Assembly (NCBI GenBank): GCA_039922955.1
Contig: JBDTDR010000139.1
Span: 1 to 46,767 of the forward strand
Origin: Candidatus Tumulicola sp.
GTDB lineage: Bacteria > Vulcanimicrobiota > Vulcanimicrobiia > Vulcanimicrobiales > Vulcanimicrobiaceae
DNA: 46,767 nucleotides
Direction: 5' to 3'
Under the pieces are notes generated by a model, which made no database searches, was not told the DNA's origin, and saw only the letters and a program-made list of their open reading frames with translations. Each line of letters begins with the position of its first letter. Position 1 is the stretch's first letter. Below, piece by piece: positions 1 through 9,296 of the stretch. Position numbers and translations under genes: made by a program.

Positions 1-523
1 GGATATCCAGAAGCCGTTCGACCAGCTCCTCGGGACGGTCGTCGGTTAGGAGGGTGGATCCCGTGTCCTTCTGCACGAGTTTGGCAATGCGCGCGAACTC
101 GTTGCTGAGTCCCCCGGAATTGGTCAGCACGCCGATGAGTTTGCCCTCGTCGTAGGCGATGCAAAACTCGCCCAGCGTTCCGCTGCGTCCGCCGATGAAG
201 ACCACGAAGTCGGAACTATGGATGTTGTGCGTCTCGCGCCCCATCAGGCCCGAGCCGGTAAAGACCATCGTCGTGTACGGCTGAAGCGGTGAGGCGTACA
301 CGTTGACGTGCTCCTCGCGCGATAGCGCCGGCGAAATGCCCAAGCTCACCCCGCCTTTTTCGTCGGCGCCGAGCACGGCGGCATGCGGCAGGCCGGGACA
401 GGCACCGGTGACGACCGTGCAGCCGCGTTCGGCGATGCGCCGGCCCAGCCGGCGGGCGAGCGCGAGTTCGCCTTCGGAAATTCTCCCCCCGGCCGACCCC
501 ATGACGCCGATTTGGACGTTCAT
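1..523 (-). CDS. LOG/TIGR00725-like Rossmann-fold (SLOG) protein; C-terminal end runs off the window
   Basis: Hand translation of the minus strand from ATG (cat at 521-523) gives MNVQIGVMGSAGGRISEGELALARRLGRRIAERGCTVVTGACPGLPHAAV...VVFIGGRSGTLGEFCIAYDEGK. The frame stays open to position 1, so it is absent from the ORF track. The layout is typical of LOG-like proteins. Confidence 0.65.
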   Translation of the reverse strand, partial: MNVQIGVMGSAGGRISEGELALARRLGRRIAERGCTVVTGACPGLPHAAVLGADEKGGVSLGISPALSREEHVNVYASPLQPYTTMVFTGSGLMGRETHNIHSSDFVVFIGGRSGTLGEFCIAYDEGKLIGVLTNSGGLSNEFARIAKLVQKDTGSTLLTDDRPEELVERLLDI

Positions 524-537
524 GGGTCGAACGATGC

Positions 538-1344
538 GTGACGACGATGAACGGCACCTACCACGACCTCGAGCGGCGCTGGAAGCAGCTGCGGCGGATC
601 GGCGATCTGCGCGTGCGCGAGGTTGCCTGCGTCAACGCGCCGCGCACGCTGCTGTGCGTCGAATGGGGCGACCACCGGCTCCCGGTGATCGCGATTGCGG
701 CGGGCGTTCACGGCGACGAACCGGCCGGCCCGTGGGCGCTGCTGGAACTGGTGGAGTCGGGCGCGTTGGACCCATCCTTCGCGTATCGTTTGTGGCCTTG
801 CACCAACCCGACCGGCTATCTCGCCGGCACGCGCGAAAGCGCCGACGGCATCGACGTGAATCGCACGTTTGGGCGCGGCGGCCAATCACCCGAAGCCAAG
901 GCCATCCTTACGGCGAATCGCGACCGGAAGTTCGCGCTTTCGATCGACCTACACGAAGACGGCGATGCCGCCGGGTTTTACTGCTACGAGTACGGCGGCG
1001 CCGAGATCGGGCGCGCCGTGATAGCGGCCCTGGATGCGGCTGGGCTTCCGGTCGACCCGCTCGAGGCAACCTTCGTGACGGCCGGCCCGCTCGACGACGC
1101 GCACTGCACGCGCGAGCGCGGACGCATCACCGCCGACCCGCTCGCGGAGGCGGCAATCCTTGGTGAGCTTTCCTACTCGCTGGCCGTCGCTCGTCACGCG
1201 GCGCGACGCGCCTTGACGTTTGAGTCCCCAACTCAAGCGCCGTGGCCGTCGCGCCTTGCAACGCACCGCACGGCCGTACGCGCGGCCATCGCCGCGGTTT
1301 CTCAGGATTTCGGCAAAGTAACCGGCGAAGCAATCCTCGAATGA
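538..1344 (+). CDS. M14-family zinc carboxypeptidase / succinylglutamate desuccinylase-aspartoacylase-like protein
   Basis: ORF-track protein contains AAGVHGDEPAG (HxxE zinc motif), VNRTF and SIDLHED. The start could be GTG 538 or ATG 547. Confidence 0.7.
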   Translation: MTTMNGTYHDLERRWKQLRRIGDLRVREVACVNAPRTLLCVEWGDHRLPVIAIAAGVHGDEPAGPWALLELVESGALDPSFAYRLWPCTNPTGYLAGTRESADGIDVNRTFGRGGQSPEAKAILTANRDRKFALSIDLHEDGDAAGFYCYEYGGAEIGRAVIAALDAAGLPVDPLEATFVTAGPLDDAHCTRERGRITADPLAEAAILGELSYSLAVARHAARRALTFESPTQAPWPSRLATHRTAVRAAIAAVSQDFGKVTGEAILE

Positions 1345-1371
1345 CACCGTTTCCTATGATTGAGCAACACC

Positions 1372-3024
1372 ATGCCTGAACGCGACCGGCTCGAAGTCGA
1401 CGTACTGTTCGTCGGGGCCGGGCCGGCCAGTCTCGCGGGCGCGATTCGCCTCGGCCAGCTGGCGAAGGCCGCCGGACGCGAACTCGAGATCCTGGTCATC
1501 GAGAAAGGCGGCGAGATCGGCAGTCACGGCCTTTCCGGCGCCGTCATGGATCCGCGAGCGCTCGACGAGTTGTTGCCGGACTGGCGCGACAACGCGCCGG
1601 TCGAAGCGGCGGTGACGTCCGACGAGCTGTGGTTTCTCACGAAAGGCGGCAAGCTTAAAGCGCCGATCACGCCGCCGTCGCTGAACAACCACGGCAAGTA
1701 CGTCGCCTCGCTGCAAAAGATCGCCAAGTGGCTCGGCGATGAGGCCGAGAAAGCCGGCGCGCAAGTCTTCCCGGCATTCCCGGGTCAAGAGCTGCTGTGG
1801 AACGGCGACCGCGTGGTCGGCGTTCGCACCGGCGACAAGGGCCTCGATCACCACGGTAAGCCGAAAACGAACTACGAGCCGGGCGCCGACATTCTCGCCA
1901 AAGTCGTCATTCTCGGCGAAGGTCCGCGCGGGACGCTGGCCAAACAGGCCATCCCGCGGTTGGGTTTGGACGATGGGCGCGAACCGCAAACCTACGCAGT
2001 CGGCGTCAAAGAGCTATGGTTGCTGCCCGACGATCGCTTCCAGGCCGGTGCGGTGATTCACACGCTGGGTTATCCGCTTCCGTCCGAGACGTTCGGCGGC
2101 GGCTTCATCTACGGAATGACCGGCAACGTTCTCGACATCGGTCACGTCGTCGGGCTCGACTACCAAGATCCGACCACCGATTCGCACAACGAGCTGCAGC
2201 GGATGAAACAGCATCCCGCCATCGCCGCGATGCTTGAAGGCGGCAAGATGATCCGCTACGGCGCGAAAGCCATTCCGGAAGGCGGCCTTTTCGCGATGCC
2301 GCGGCCGTACGCCGGCGGATTGCTGCTGATCGGCGATACCGGCGGCTTTTTGAACGGCATGCGTCTCAAGGGAATTCATCTGGCGATGAAATCGGGCATG
2401 ATGGCGGCCGAAACCGTGTGGGACGCTTTGCAGATCGACACGTACGACGCCCAAACGCTCTCCGCATTCGAGCGCCGGTTCAAAGAATCGTGGGCATACC
2501 CCGAGATGCGAACGTCGCGCAACTTCCACCAGGGCTTTAAGCACGGTCGGTGGCCCGGTTTGATCAACGCCGGCCTGTCGGTGATTACCGGCGGCCGCGG
2601 ATTCGGTGTCCGCGACAAGCTGCCCGCGGAGCCCGGGTACGAGGTCATGGTCAAAGCCGGCTATCGGCCGCCGGAGTCGCCGCGCGCCGCCGTCGACAAC
2701 GTGCTGACCTTCGACCGGCTCACCGACGTGTTCAACAGCGGCACGATGCACGAAGAGGATCAGCCCAGCCATCTCAAGGTCGCCGACACGAACATCTGCC
2801 GCGATCGCTGCACGGTGGAATACGGTAATCCGTGCCAGTACTACTGTCCGGCGGCCGTCTACGAGCCGATGTTCGAAAAAGTCGGCGATGCTATCGAGGG
2901 ACGGCTGCAGATAAACTTTACCAACTGCGTGCACTGCAAGACGTGCGATATCATCGACCCCTATCAAATCATCACGTGGGTGCCTCCACAGGGCGGGGAA
3001 GGGCCTGTCTACACTGGGATGTGA
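1372..3024 (+). CDS. Electron-transfer flavoprotein:ubiquinone oxidoreductase (ETF-QO)
   Basis: N-terminal FAD fold VDVLFVGAGPASLAGAIRL. C-terminal 4Fe-4S region CPAAVYE...NCVHCKTCDI. About 550 aa. ATG 1372 is preferred over TTG 1360. Confidence 0.88.
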   Translation: MPERDRLEVDVLFVGAGPASLAGAIRLGQLAKAAGRELEILVIEKGGEIGSHGLSGAVMDPRALDELLPDWRDNAPVEAAVTSDELWFLTKGGKLKAPITPPSLNNHGKYVASLQKIAKWLGDEAEKAGAQVFPAFPGQELLWNGDRVVGVRTGDKGLDHHGKPKTNYEPGADILAKVVILGEGPRGTLAKQAIPRLGLDDGREPQTYAVGVKELWLLPDDRFQAGAVIHTLGYPLPSETFGGGFIYGMTGNVLDIGHVVGLDYQDPTTDSHNELQRMKQHPAIAAMLEGGKMIRYGAKAIPEGGLFAMPRPYAGGLLLIGDTGGFLNGMRLKGIHLAMKSGMMAAETVWDALQIDTYDAQTLSAFERRFKESWAYPEMRTSRNFHQGFKHGRWPGLINAGLSVITGGRGFGVRDKLPAEPGYEVMVKAGYRPPESPRAAVDNVLTFDRLTDVFNSGTMHEEDQPSHLKVADTNICRDRCTVEYGNPCQYYCPAAVYEPMFEKVGDAIEGRLQINFTNCVHCKTCDIIDPYQIITWVPPQGGEGPVYTGM

Positions 3025-4196
3025 CGACGATTCGCCCTGGCCGTAACGAGGCGGTCGTCGCCGTCGTCGGCGCCGGACTCATCGGTTTGGCGATCGCTTT
3101 CGAGCTTGCCGAGCGCGGCGCGGCCGTGCGCGTTTACGACCGCGCGGAGCCGGGCCGGGCGGCCTCATGGGCCGGCGCGGGAATGCTGGCGCCCTATACC
3201 GAGGGCGTCGAAAACGAATCGCTGCTGGCCTTGTGCGCGGCGTCGCTGGCCGAATACCCGGAGTTCGTGGCCCGCGTTCGGGCCGCCGGTAACGTCGATC
3301 CCCGCTTGCACCTTGACGGCGTCCTCCACGCCGCGTTCGGCGACGTGGCGCTGGCGCGGTTGCGCGAACGCGCCGCCGCCTTGCGCGAGCGCGGGGTCGC
3401 GTGTGCGATGCTGGGCCGGCAAGAAACTCTGGCGGCCGAACCGTGGCTGGCGCGCAACGTGTCGGGCGCAATCCTCGTGCGCGGCGAGGGACACGTTGAC
3501 AATCGCCGGCTGGGGCGCGCGCTGGCGGCGGCTTGCGAAGCGCGCGGCGCGATCGTCACGCGGGTCGGTTCGCTGGCCGTGGAATGCGACCAGCGGCGGG
3601 TGCTGGGCGTTCGCACCGACCTCGGCTTTGCGCCGGCGTCGGCGGTGATCAACGCGTGCGGCGCGTGGGCGGGCAGCGTTGCCGGGATTCCGGCTTCGAG
3701 CCTCCCGCCGGTCGAACCGGTAAAGGGCCAAATGCTGGCCTTAGAAGCGCCGATCGGTTTCGTGCGGCACCCCACCTGGGTCCCAGGGGCCTACGTGGTG
3801 CCGCGCGACGACGGGCGCCTGCTCGTCGGCGCGACGGTCGAACGCGGCGCCGGAGCCGACGTGCGCGTGACCGCCGACGGCGTGCACTCGCTGCTTCACG
3901 CGGTGCTGGCAGCGGCGCCGTCGCTTGCCGGCTTCACCGTGAGCGAAACGTGGGCCGGCTTGCGGCCCGGCAGCGTTGACGGACTTCCGTTCATCGGGCC
4001 GACGCCGTTGGAAGGGCTCTTCGTCGCAAGCGGCCACTTCCGCAACGGCATTCTGCTCGCGCCGGTTACCGCGCGTCTCATCGCGCAATGCGTCGCCGGC
4101 GACGTTTGTGAGGATCTCGCGCCGTTTGCGCTAGCTCGCGTTGCTCCGAGCTTTGCGCGGGCGGGGGATGGAAAGGCGGAGGCCCGGCGCGAATGA
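3021..4196 (+). CDS. thiO: Glycine oxidase ThiO (FAD-dependent)
   Basis: VVAVVGAGLIGLAIAFELAERG dinucleotide fold, DAO-family length, and thiS-thiG directly downstream. In-frame GTG at 3021 overlaps the ETF-QO stop (GTGA). Confidence 0.8.
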   Translation: MTTIRPGRNEAVVAVVGAGLIGLAIAFELAERGAAVRVYDRAEPGRAASWAGAGMLAPYTEGVENESLLALCAASLAEYPEFVARVRAAGNVDPRLHLDGVLHAAFGDVALARLRERAAALRERGVACAMLGRQETLAAEPWLARNVSGAILVRGEGHVDNRRLGRALAAACEARGAIVTRVGSLAVECDQRRVLGVRTDLGFAPASAVINACGAWAGSVAGIPASSLPPVEPVKGQMLALEAPIGFVRHPTWVPGAYVVPRDDGRLLVGATVERGAGADVRVTADGVHSLLHAVLAAAPSLAGFTVSETWAGLRPGSVDGLPFIGPTPLEGLFVASGHFRNGILLAPVTARLIAQCVAGDVCEDLAPFALARVAPSFARAGDGKAEARRE

Positions 4197-4203
4197 GTCA
4201 AGC

Positions 4204-4404
4204 GTGAAGGCGACCATCAACGGGGAAGCACGCGAGCTGCCCGACGGCCTAACCGTCGGAACGCTCTTGGCGATGCTGGGGACGGCGCGCACGGGCATCG
4301 CGGTGGCGCGCAACGATTGCGTGGTGCGGCGCGGCGACTACGATTCGCACCGCATTGACGAGGGCGATCGCATCGAGATCATCAAGGCGGTTGCCGGCGG
4401 ATAA
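4204..4404 (+). CDS. thiS: Sulfur carrier protein ThiS
   Basis: 66 aa from GTG 4204, [15 protein letters not shown]...[10 protein letters not shown], with the C-terminal GG characteristic of ThiS. Confidence 0.85.
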   Translation: MKATINGEARELPDGLTVGTLLAMLGTARTGIAVARNDCVVRRGDYDSHRIDEGDRIEIIKAVAGG

Positions 4405-4405
4405 C

Positions 4406-5191
4406 GTGGACGACACACTCAAAATCGGGCGATACGAACTGACGTCGCGGCTCATCGTGGGCACCGGAAAATACCCTTCGATGGACGTGATGCGCGCGGC
4501 GCATGCCGCGAGCGGCGCCGAGATGGTGACCGTCGCAATCCGGCGCATCAACCTCGACGATCCCAGCGGCCGGACGATGCTCGACTACATCGATCGCGAG
4601 CGTCTGACGATTCTCCCGAATACGGCCGGCTGCTACACGGCGAAGGAGGCCGTGCTGACCGCGCACTTGGCACGCGAACTTCTCGAGACCGATCTTATCA
4701 AACTCGAAGTTATCGGCGACGCGCAGACGCTTCATCCGGACAGCCGCGAAACGCTCAAGGCCGCCGAGCAGCTCGTGAAAGACGGCTTTACGGTGCTTCC
4801 CTACGTCGGCGACGACCCGGTGGCGTGCAAGCAGCTCGAAGAGGTGGGCTGTGCCGCCGTGATGCCGCTGGCCGCGCCGATCGGCAGCGGACTGGGCGTC
4901 TGCAATCCCTACTCCATTCGCATCATCAAGCAACGCGCCAACGTCCCGGTGATCGTCGATGCGGGCGTCGGCACGGCCTCGGATGCCGCCATTGCGATGG
5001 AAATCGGCGTCGACGCCCTGCTGATGAACACCGGCATTGCCGCCGCAAACGATCCGGTGCTGATGGCCGACGCGATGCGGCACGCCGTCATCGCCGGACG
5101 GAACGCGTTTCGCGCCGGACGCATGGAGAAACGCCTCTACGCCAGCGCATCGAGCCCGGTGCGCGATCTCATCGGCACGAGGCCCGCGTAA
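4406..5191 (+). CDS. thiG: Thiazole synthase ThiG
   Basis: [19 protein letters not shown]...KLEVIGD...[13 protein letters not shown]...[13 protein letters not shown] matches the ThiG signature. GTG 4406 lies 1 nt after the thiS stop. Confidence 0.9.
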   Translation: MDDTLKIGRYELTSRLIVGTGKYPSMDVMRAAHAASGAEMVTVAIRRINLDDPSGRTMLDYIDRERLTILPNTAGCYTAKEAVLTAHLARELLETDLIKLEVIGDAQTLHPDSRETLKAAEQLVKDGFTVLPYVGDDPVACKQLEEVGCAAVMPLAAPIGSGLGVCNPYSIRIIKQRANVPVIVDAGVGTASDAAIAMEIGVDALLMNTGIAAANDPVLMADAMRHAVIAGRNAFRAGRMEKRLYASASSPVRDLIGTRPA

Positions 5192-5216
5192 GCTGCGCGA
5201 CTTTATCGAACTCGGC

Positions 5217-5519
5217 GTGGACGAACTGCGCGCGTGGAAGGATTCCGGTAAAGAGTACGTGCTGCTCGACGTCCGCGAGCCGGTCGAGCGCGCACTCGCG
5301 TCGGTGAGCGGCGCGCTCACGATTCCGATGACGGAGGTCCACGCGCGCGTGGCCGATATCCCGGCCGGCAAACCGCTGGTGGTGATGTGCCACTACGGCG
5401 AGCGCAGCGCGCGGGTCGCGCGCTTCCTCGTCACCTACGGATTCACGGACGTCTACAATCTCGAAGGCGGCATCGACGCCTATGCGTCGCACCTCGATCC
5501 GACGGTCAACCGCTACTAG
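5217..5519 (+). CDS. Single-domain rhodanese-like sulfurtransferase
   Basis: YVLLDVREPVE and the active-site loop VVMCHYGERSARVA. 100 aa. An in-frame CTG at 5193 is an alternative start. Confidence 0.8.
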   Translation: MDELRAWKDSGKEYVLLDVREPVERALASVSGALTIPMTEVHARVADIPAGKPLVVMCHYGERSARVARFLVTYGFTDVYNLEGGIDAYASHLDPTVNRY

Positions 5520-5544
5520 GCGGAGCGCCGCAGGCGCGGCAGTG

Positions 5545-6168
5545 TCATCCCCAGCGGAGCGCCCCAGGCGCGCGCCGCTTTGCAATGACGAACCAGTGAA
5601 CGGCCCCGAGAAGCGGCTGCTTTGCGTGCGCCCACGATCCGGCAACCCCGTCCGCGTCGTACTCTTCCAGCAGTTCGATGACGAAGTCCGTCTCCAGCAG
5701 CGCTCGCAGCGGAGCGCGGGAAAAATACGTATGCGCGATGCCGCGTTCGTCGCCGTCAACCGGCGCGAACGTATTCCGGTCGATGGGCGTGCCTTTCCCA
5801 AAGCGCGCGTCGCGCACCGAACCGAAGACGGCGTAGAACAGGCCGTCGGCGCCGAGAAGTCCGGCCAGCGCCGATAGACGGCCGGCGATCGTTTCGGTCG
5901 TCCCGTGAAGCAGCCCGTGCGTGCAAATTACCGCGGCGAATCGGTCGCGGCCCGGGGCCGGTGCGTCGGGCCACGCAGCCGGGTGGTCGTCGTTCAGGGC
6001 CGCGACGGCGTGGCCGGCGCGGCTCAGCGCGGCGGCGTTGCGGCCGCTGCCGGTACAGAAATCGAGAACGCGGCTGCCCGGGCGCTCGCGCAAGCGTTCG
6101 ATCAGCCGTTGCGCCAGCGGATGGGGCGGCCGGATGGAGGACTCGTCTTGTGGCGAATGAGGCGGCAT
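5545..6168 (-). CDS. Class I SAM-dependent methyltransferase
   Basis: Motif I VLDFCTGSGRNA and a Rossmann-like continuation. 207 aa. Confidence 0.7.
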   Translation of the reverse strand: MPPHSPQDESSIRPPHPLAQRLIERLRERPGSRVLDFCTGSGRNAAALSRAGHAVAALNDDHPAAWPDAPAPGRDRFAAVICTHGLLHGTTETIAGRLSALAGLLGADGLFYAVFGSVRDARFGKGTPIDRNTFAPVDGDERGIAHTYFSRAPLRALLETDFVIELLEEYDADGVAGSWAHAKQPLLGAVHWFVIAKRRAPGALRWG

Positions 6169-6170
6169 CT

Positions 6171-8042
6171 ATGGCGTCCGAGACACTGATTATCGTCGTC
6201 GGCGGGGACTACCTCGCGTTTGAGATTTGCAAAGAGATTCTCAAGACCGCCGGCCATACCGTCGTGCTGGTATGGAAGCTGGGCGACGATCGTGCGGCGC
6301 GTTTGGTGCGCCACGAGTCGAACTTGCTGGCTGCGGAGTTCGCCAAGTCGTTCAGGTTCCTCGACGAGGACCCGGTCGGGCCGACCGCCTTGCGCCACGC
6401 CGGACTGCTGCCGGCGAGCCAGCATTCGGCGCGAGTCAGCTACTGCATCGTCGCGGTGGCGCAAGACGATCGCCTGAATCTGCGCGTCTCCCTGCTCGCC
6501 CGCGACATCAACGAACACGTTCGAATCACGCTGCGCCAGTTCAATCCGGTGCTCGGTCAAAAAATTCAAGAAGGGCTGCGCTACAACTGCACGGCGATCT
6601 CGCCGGCGGCGCACGCGGCCGCCACCTACGCCGCTTCGGCGGTCGACCCGTCGTGCTTTTACGCGCTGCAGTTTCCGACCCTCGAGTCGACGGCGGCCCG
6701 CGCCGAGGAAGGGTCGGATTTGTTCGCGTTTTCCGAGCGGAGCGCGGCGTATTTTGGAATCGCCGGCCTGACGGTCGCAAACGCCGAGGCCCAGCGAGGC
6801 GTGCGGATCGTTTCGGTCAACGGGCATCCTCCGTACCTGTGCTGGGGCGACGAAGAGCATCCTGACGGCGAGCTGCTCGCTCGAGCGCTGCTCGACGACG
6901 ACCGAGTGGTGGCGTTCGGGCCGATCGCCGCGCTGCAGAGCGCCGGGGCCCGTCGATCGTTTCAGCGGACCGGTCGATGGGACGGACTCAAGACGCAGTG
7001 GCACGATACGCTCGCCGCCATCCGCCGCACGGAACCGGTGCTGCGAACCGCTGCCGGCGCGAGCCTGCTCGTGTACGTGTTGTTCGTGATATTCTTTGCG
7101 GCGGTCACGCATTGGAACGTCGCGTCGGCGATGTACTTCGTGATGACGATGATGGAGGGTTCCCCCGACACCACCTTGTGCGGTGACTGCGGCGGCACGA
7201 ACGGCCTGGCGCTCTGGCAAATCCTCGAAATGGCCGGCGCGGCGCTCGTCACCCTGGCCGGGATCGCGATGGTGGCGATATTTACGGCATCGGTCACGTC
7301 GGGGTTGTACGCGGCGGCGATTCGGCGCACGCGGGGGCTTCGGCGCATCCGTCGTAGCGGTCACGTCATCGTGTGCGGCGCCGGCAACGTCGGCAGCCTC
7401 GTCATCGAGTACCTGCGCCAGCTCGGCGAACGAGTGGTCGTGGTGGAAAAGGATCCGGACAATATTTTGATCGAGATGGCCCGCGACCGCAAGATCGATC
7501 TGCTGACCGGCGATGCGACCAAGGACGAAACGATTGCGTTCTGTTCGCCCGAGAGCGCGAAGAGTTTGGTCGGCGTTACCAACAGCGACACCGCCAACCT
7601 CGAAACGGCTTTGGGCGCCCGTTCGCGCACGCGCGATCGCGGCGAAGCGCTGCACGTCGTCTTGCGCATCGACGATCTCACGTTCGGCCGGTCGATCAAG
7701 CGTCATTTTGGGATATCGTCGTTTTCGACCACCGAGCTCACGGCGGCGACGATCGCCGGCCTGGCGCGCTTCGAGAGCACGCGCGGCCGCTTCGACCTCT
7801 TCGCCGGCACCGAGTACGCCCAGGCGTTTCAACTCGCGGAGCGCTTCCAGGGCCCCGAAAACGCTCCGCCGCCGGCACCGCCGGAGCGGCCCGGCTACAA
7901 GGTCCGATGGATTCCGCTCTACGCCTGGCGAGAGACCGCCCGCGGCCAGGGAGTGGCGGTTCCGGTACGCAAGTTCGCAGGCGACGTCTCGAGCGGCGAC
8001 CGCCTGCTTTTCATGGTGCCGCTCGATCAGTTTACCGAGTAG
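6171..8042 (+). CDS. Ion-channel-like membrane protein with RCK/TrkA-N domains and a degenerate pore filter
   Basis: In-frame ATG at 6171 (MASETLIIVVGGDYLAFEICKEIL, Rossmann-like). Central two-TM plus pore-helix region is SAMYFVMTMMEGSPD. Second RCK domain is GHVIVCGAGNVGSLVIEYLRQLGERVVVVEKD. Confidence 0.65.
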   Translation: MASETLIIVVGGDYLAFEICKEILKTAGHTVVLVWKLGDDRAARLVRHESNLLAAEFAKSFRFLDEDPVGPTALRHAGLLPASQHSARVSYCIVAVAQDDRLNLRVSLLARDINEHVRITLRQFNPVLGQKIQEGLRYNCTAISPAAHAAATYAASAVDPSCFYALQFPTLESTAARAEEGSDLFAFSERSAAYFGIAGLTVANAEAQRGVRIVSVNGHPPYLCWGDEEHPDGELLARALLDDDRVVAFGPIAALQSAGARRSFQRTGRWDGLKTQWHDTLAAIRRTEPVLRTAAGASLLVYVLFVIFFAAVTHWNVASAMYFVMTMMEGSPDTTLCGDCGGTNGLALWQILEMAGAALVTLAGIAMVAIFTASVTSGLYAAAIRRTRGLRRIRRSGHVIVCGAGNVGSLVIEYLRQLGERVVVVEKDPDNILIEMARDRKIDLLTGDATKDETIAFCSPESAKSLVGVTNSDTANLETALGARSRTRDRGEALHVVLRIDDLTFGRSIKRHFGISSFSTTELTAATIAGLARFESTRGRFDLFAGTEYAQAFQLAERFQGPENAPPPAPPERPGYKVRWIPLYAWRETARGQGVAVPVRKFAGDVSSGDRLLFMVPLDQFTE

Positions 8043-8054
8043 AAAGGAGCGCCC

Positions 8055-8510
8055 GTGCTCGACGAAGGCGACCGGCTTCCGGCTGTCATGCTGCTCGACG
8101 ACGAGGGCAATAAAGTTTCGACCACCGATTTGCTGGGCGGACCGCTGGTGCTGTATTTTTATCCAAAGGACGACACGCCCGGCTGCACCAGCGAGGCGTC
8201 GCAGTTCCGCGACCTCTATAAGCAGTTTCAGAAGAAGCAGGCGCGCATCGTCGGCGTGAGCCGCGATTCGACCGAGTCGCACGCCAAGTTTAAAGCGAAG
8301 TTCTCGATTCCGTTTACGTTGCTGGCCGACACCGATTCGAAGCTCTGCGACGCTTTTGGCGTGATCGTCGAGAAAAACATGTATGGGAAGAAGCGCAAAG
8401 GCATCGCGCGCTCGACGTTTCTTATCGACGCGACCGGGAAGATCGTCAAAGTATGGCCCAAGGTGAACGTCGACGAGCACGCCGAGGAGGTGCTTTCATC
8501 GCTGCCGTGA
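8055..8510 (+). CDS. bcp: Thioredoxin-dependent thiol peroxidase (peroxiredoxin Bcp)
   Basis: LVLYFYPKDDTPGCTSEA peroxidatic Cys motif. 151 aa. AAAGGAG Shine-Dalgarno upstream of GTG 8055. Confidence 0.9.
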   Translation: MLDEGDRLPAVMLLDDEGNKVSTTDLLGGPLVLYFYPKDDTPGCTSEASQFRDLYKQFQKKQARIVGVSRDSTESHAKFKAKFSIPFTLLADTDSKLCDAFGVIVEKNMYGKKRKGIARSTFLIDATGKIVKVWPKVNVDEHAEEVLSSLP

Positions 8511-9283
8511 CGGCGGCGGCGATGCGCGTGCGTGCGGTCGGCTCGAGCCCGTCGGTGCAGCGCCCCGGACGCGCCTGCAGCTGCTATTTGCTGCGGACGC
8601 GCGAGGCCGCCGTGCTACTCGATATCGGAAGCGGAGCGCTTGGCAACCTGCAACTGGCGCTTGACTATCCTCAACTGGACGCGGTGATCGTGTCGCACAT
8701 GCACGCCGATCACTTTCTCGACCTGATTCCGTTGCGTTACGGTTTGACGTACGGTCCGCCCCGGCGCGACCGCCGGCTGCCGGTGTGGTTGCCGCCGGGC
8801 GGTGCGAAGACGTTGAGGAAGCTTTGCAGCGCGTTTGCCGCCGAAGTCGAAGGTGACTTTCTGGACCAGGTCCTCGTCGTCGGGGAATACGATCCCACGG
8901 CGGCGCTGGACGTGAACGATCTGCGGTTAACCTTCCGGCCCGCCACCCACTACATCGATGCCTACGCGATTCGGGCCGAACGCGGATCGTCGAGTGTCAC
9001 CTATTCCGGCGACACGGCCCCGTGCGATTCGGTCGTCGAACACGCGCGAGGCTGCAGCCTGTTTCTGTGCGAGGCCACGTTGGGGCTGGGGAGCGAAGAT
9101 GAGCCGCGCGGTCACTCGTCGGCCGCTGAGGCCGGTGAAATGGCGCGCCGCGCCGGGGTCGGTCATCTCGCCCTCACGCACTATGGCACCGCGTATGCCC
9201 CCGGCGAACTCGTCGAAGCCGCGCAAACGGCGTTCCCGGGCCGCGTATCCATCGTCGACGACGGCGCCGAACTGTCGATCTAA
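8507..9283 (+). CDS. MBL-fold metallo-hydrolase
   Basis: VIVSHMHADHFLDL (HxHxDH) and a later TH..GD pattern. The start is either GTG 8507 (GTGA overlap with the bcp stop) or ATG 8522. Confidence 0.75.
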   Translation: MTAAAMRVRAVGSSPSVQRPGRACSCYLLRTREAAVLLDIGSGALGNLQLALDYPQLDAVIVSHMHADHFLDLIPLRYGLTYGPPRRDRRLPVWLPPGGAKTLRKLCSAFAAEVEGDFLDQVLVVGEYDPTAALDVNDLRLTFRPATHYIDAYAIRAERGSSSVTYSGDTAPCDSVVEHARGCSLFLCEATLGLGSEDEPRGHSSAAEAGEMARRAGVGHLALTHYGTAYAPGELVEAAQTAFPGRVSIVDDGAELSI

Positions 9284-9296
9284 GAGCTTTAGCAGG

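Noticed and set aside
303-1166. 287-aa plus-strand ORF overlapping both the LOG-like and M14 genes
   Set aside because: It is Arg-rich with no motifs, and both overlapped frames carry clear family signatures.
6102-8480. 792-aa ORF on the minus strand, the longest in the track
   Set aside because: It is antisense to the channel-like gene and bcp. It is Arg/Ala/Gly-rich with no recognisable motif. Long antisense ORFs are expected in GC-rich DNA because stop codons are AT-rich.
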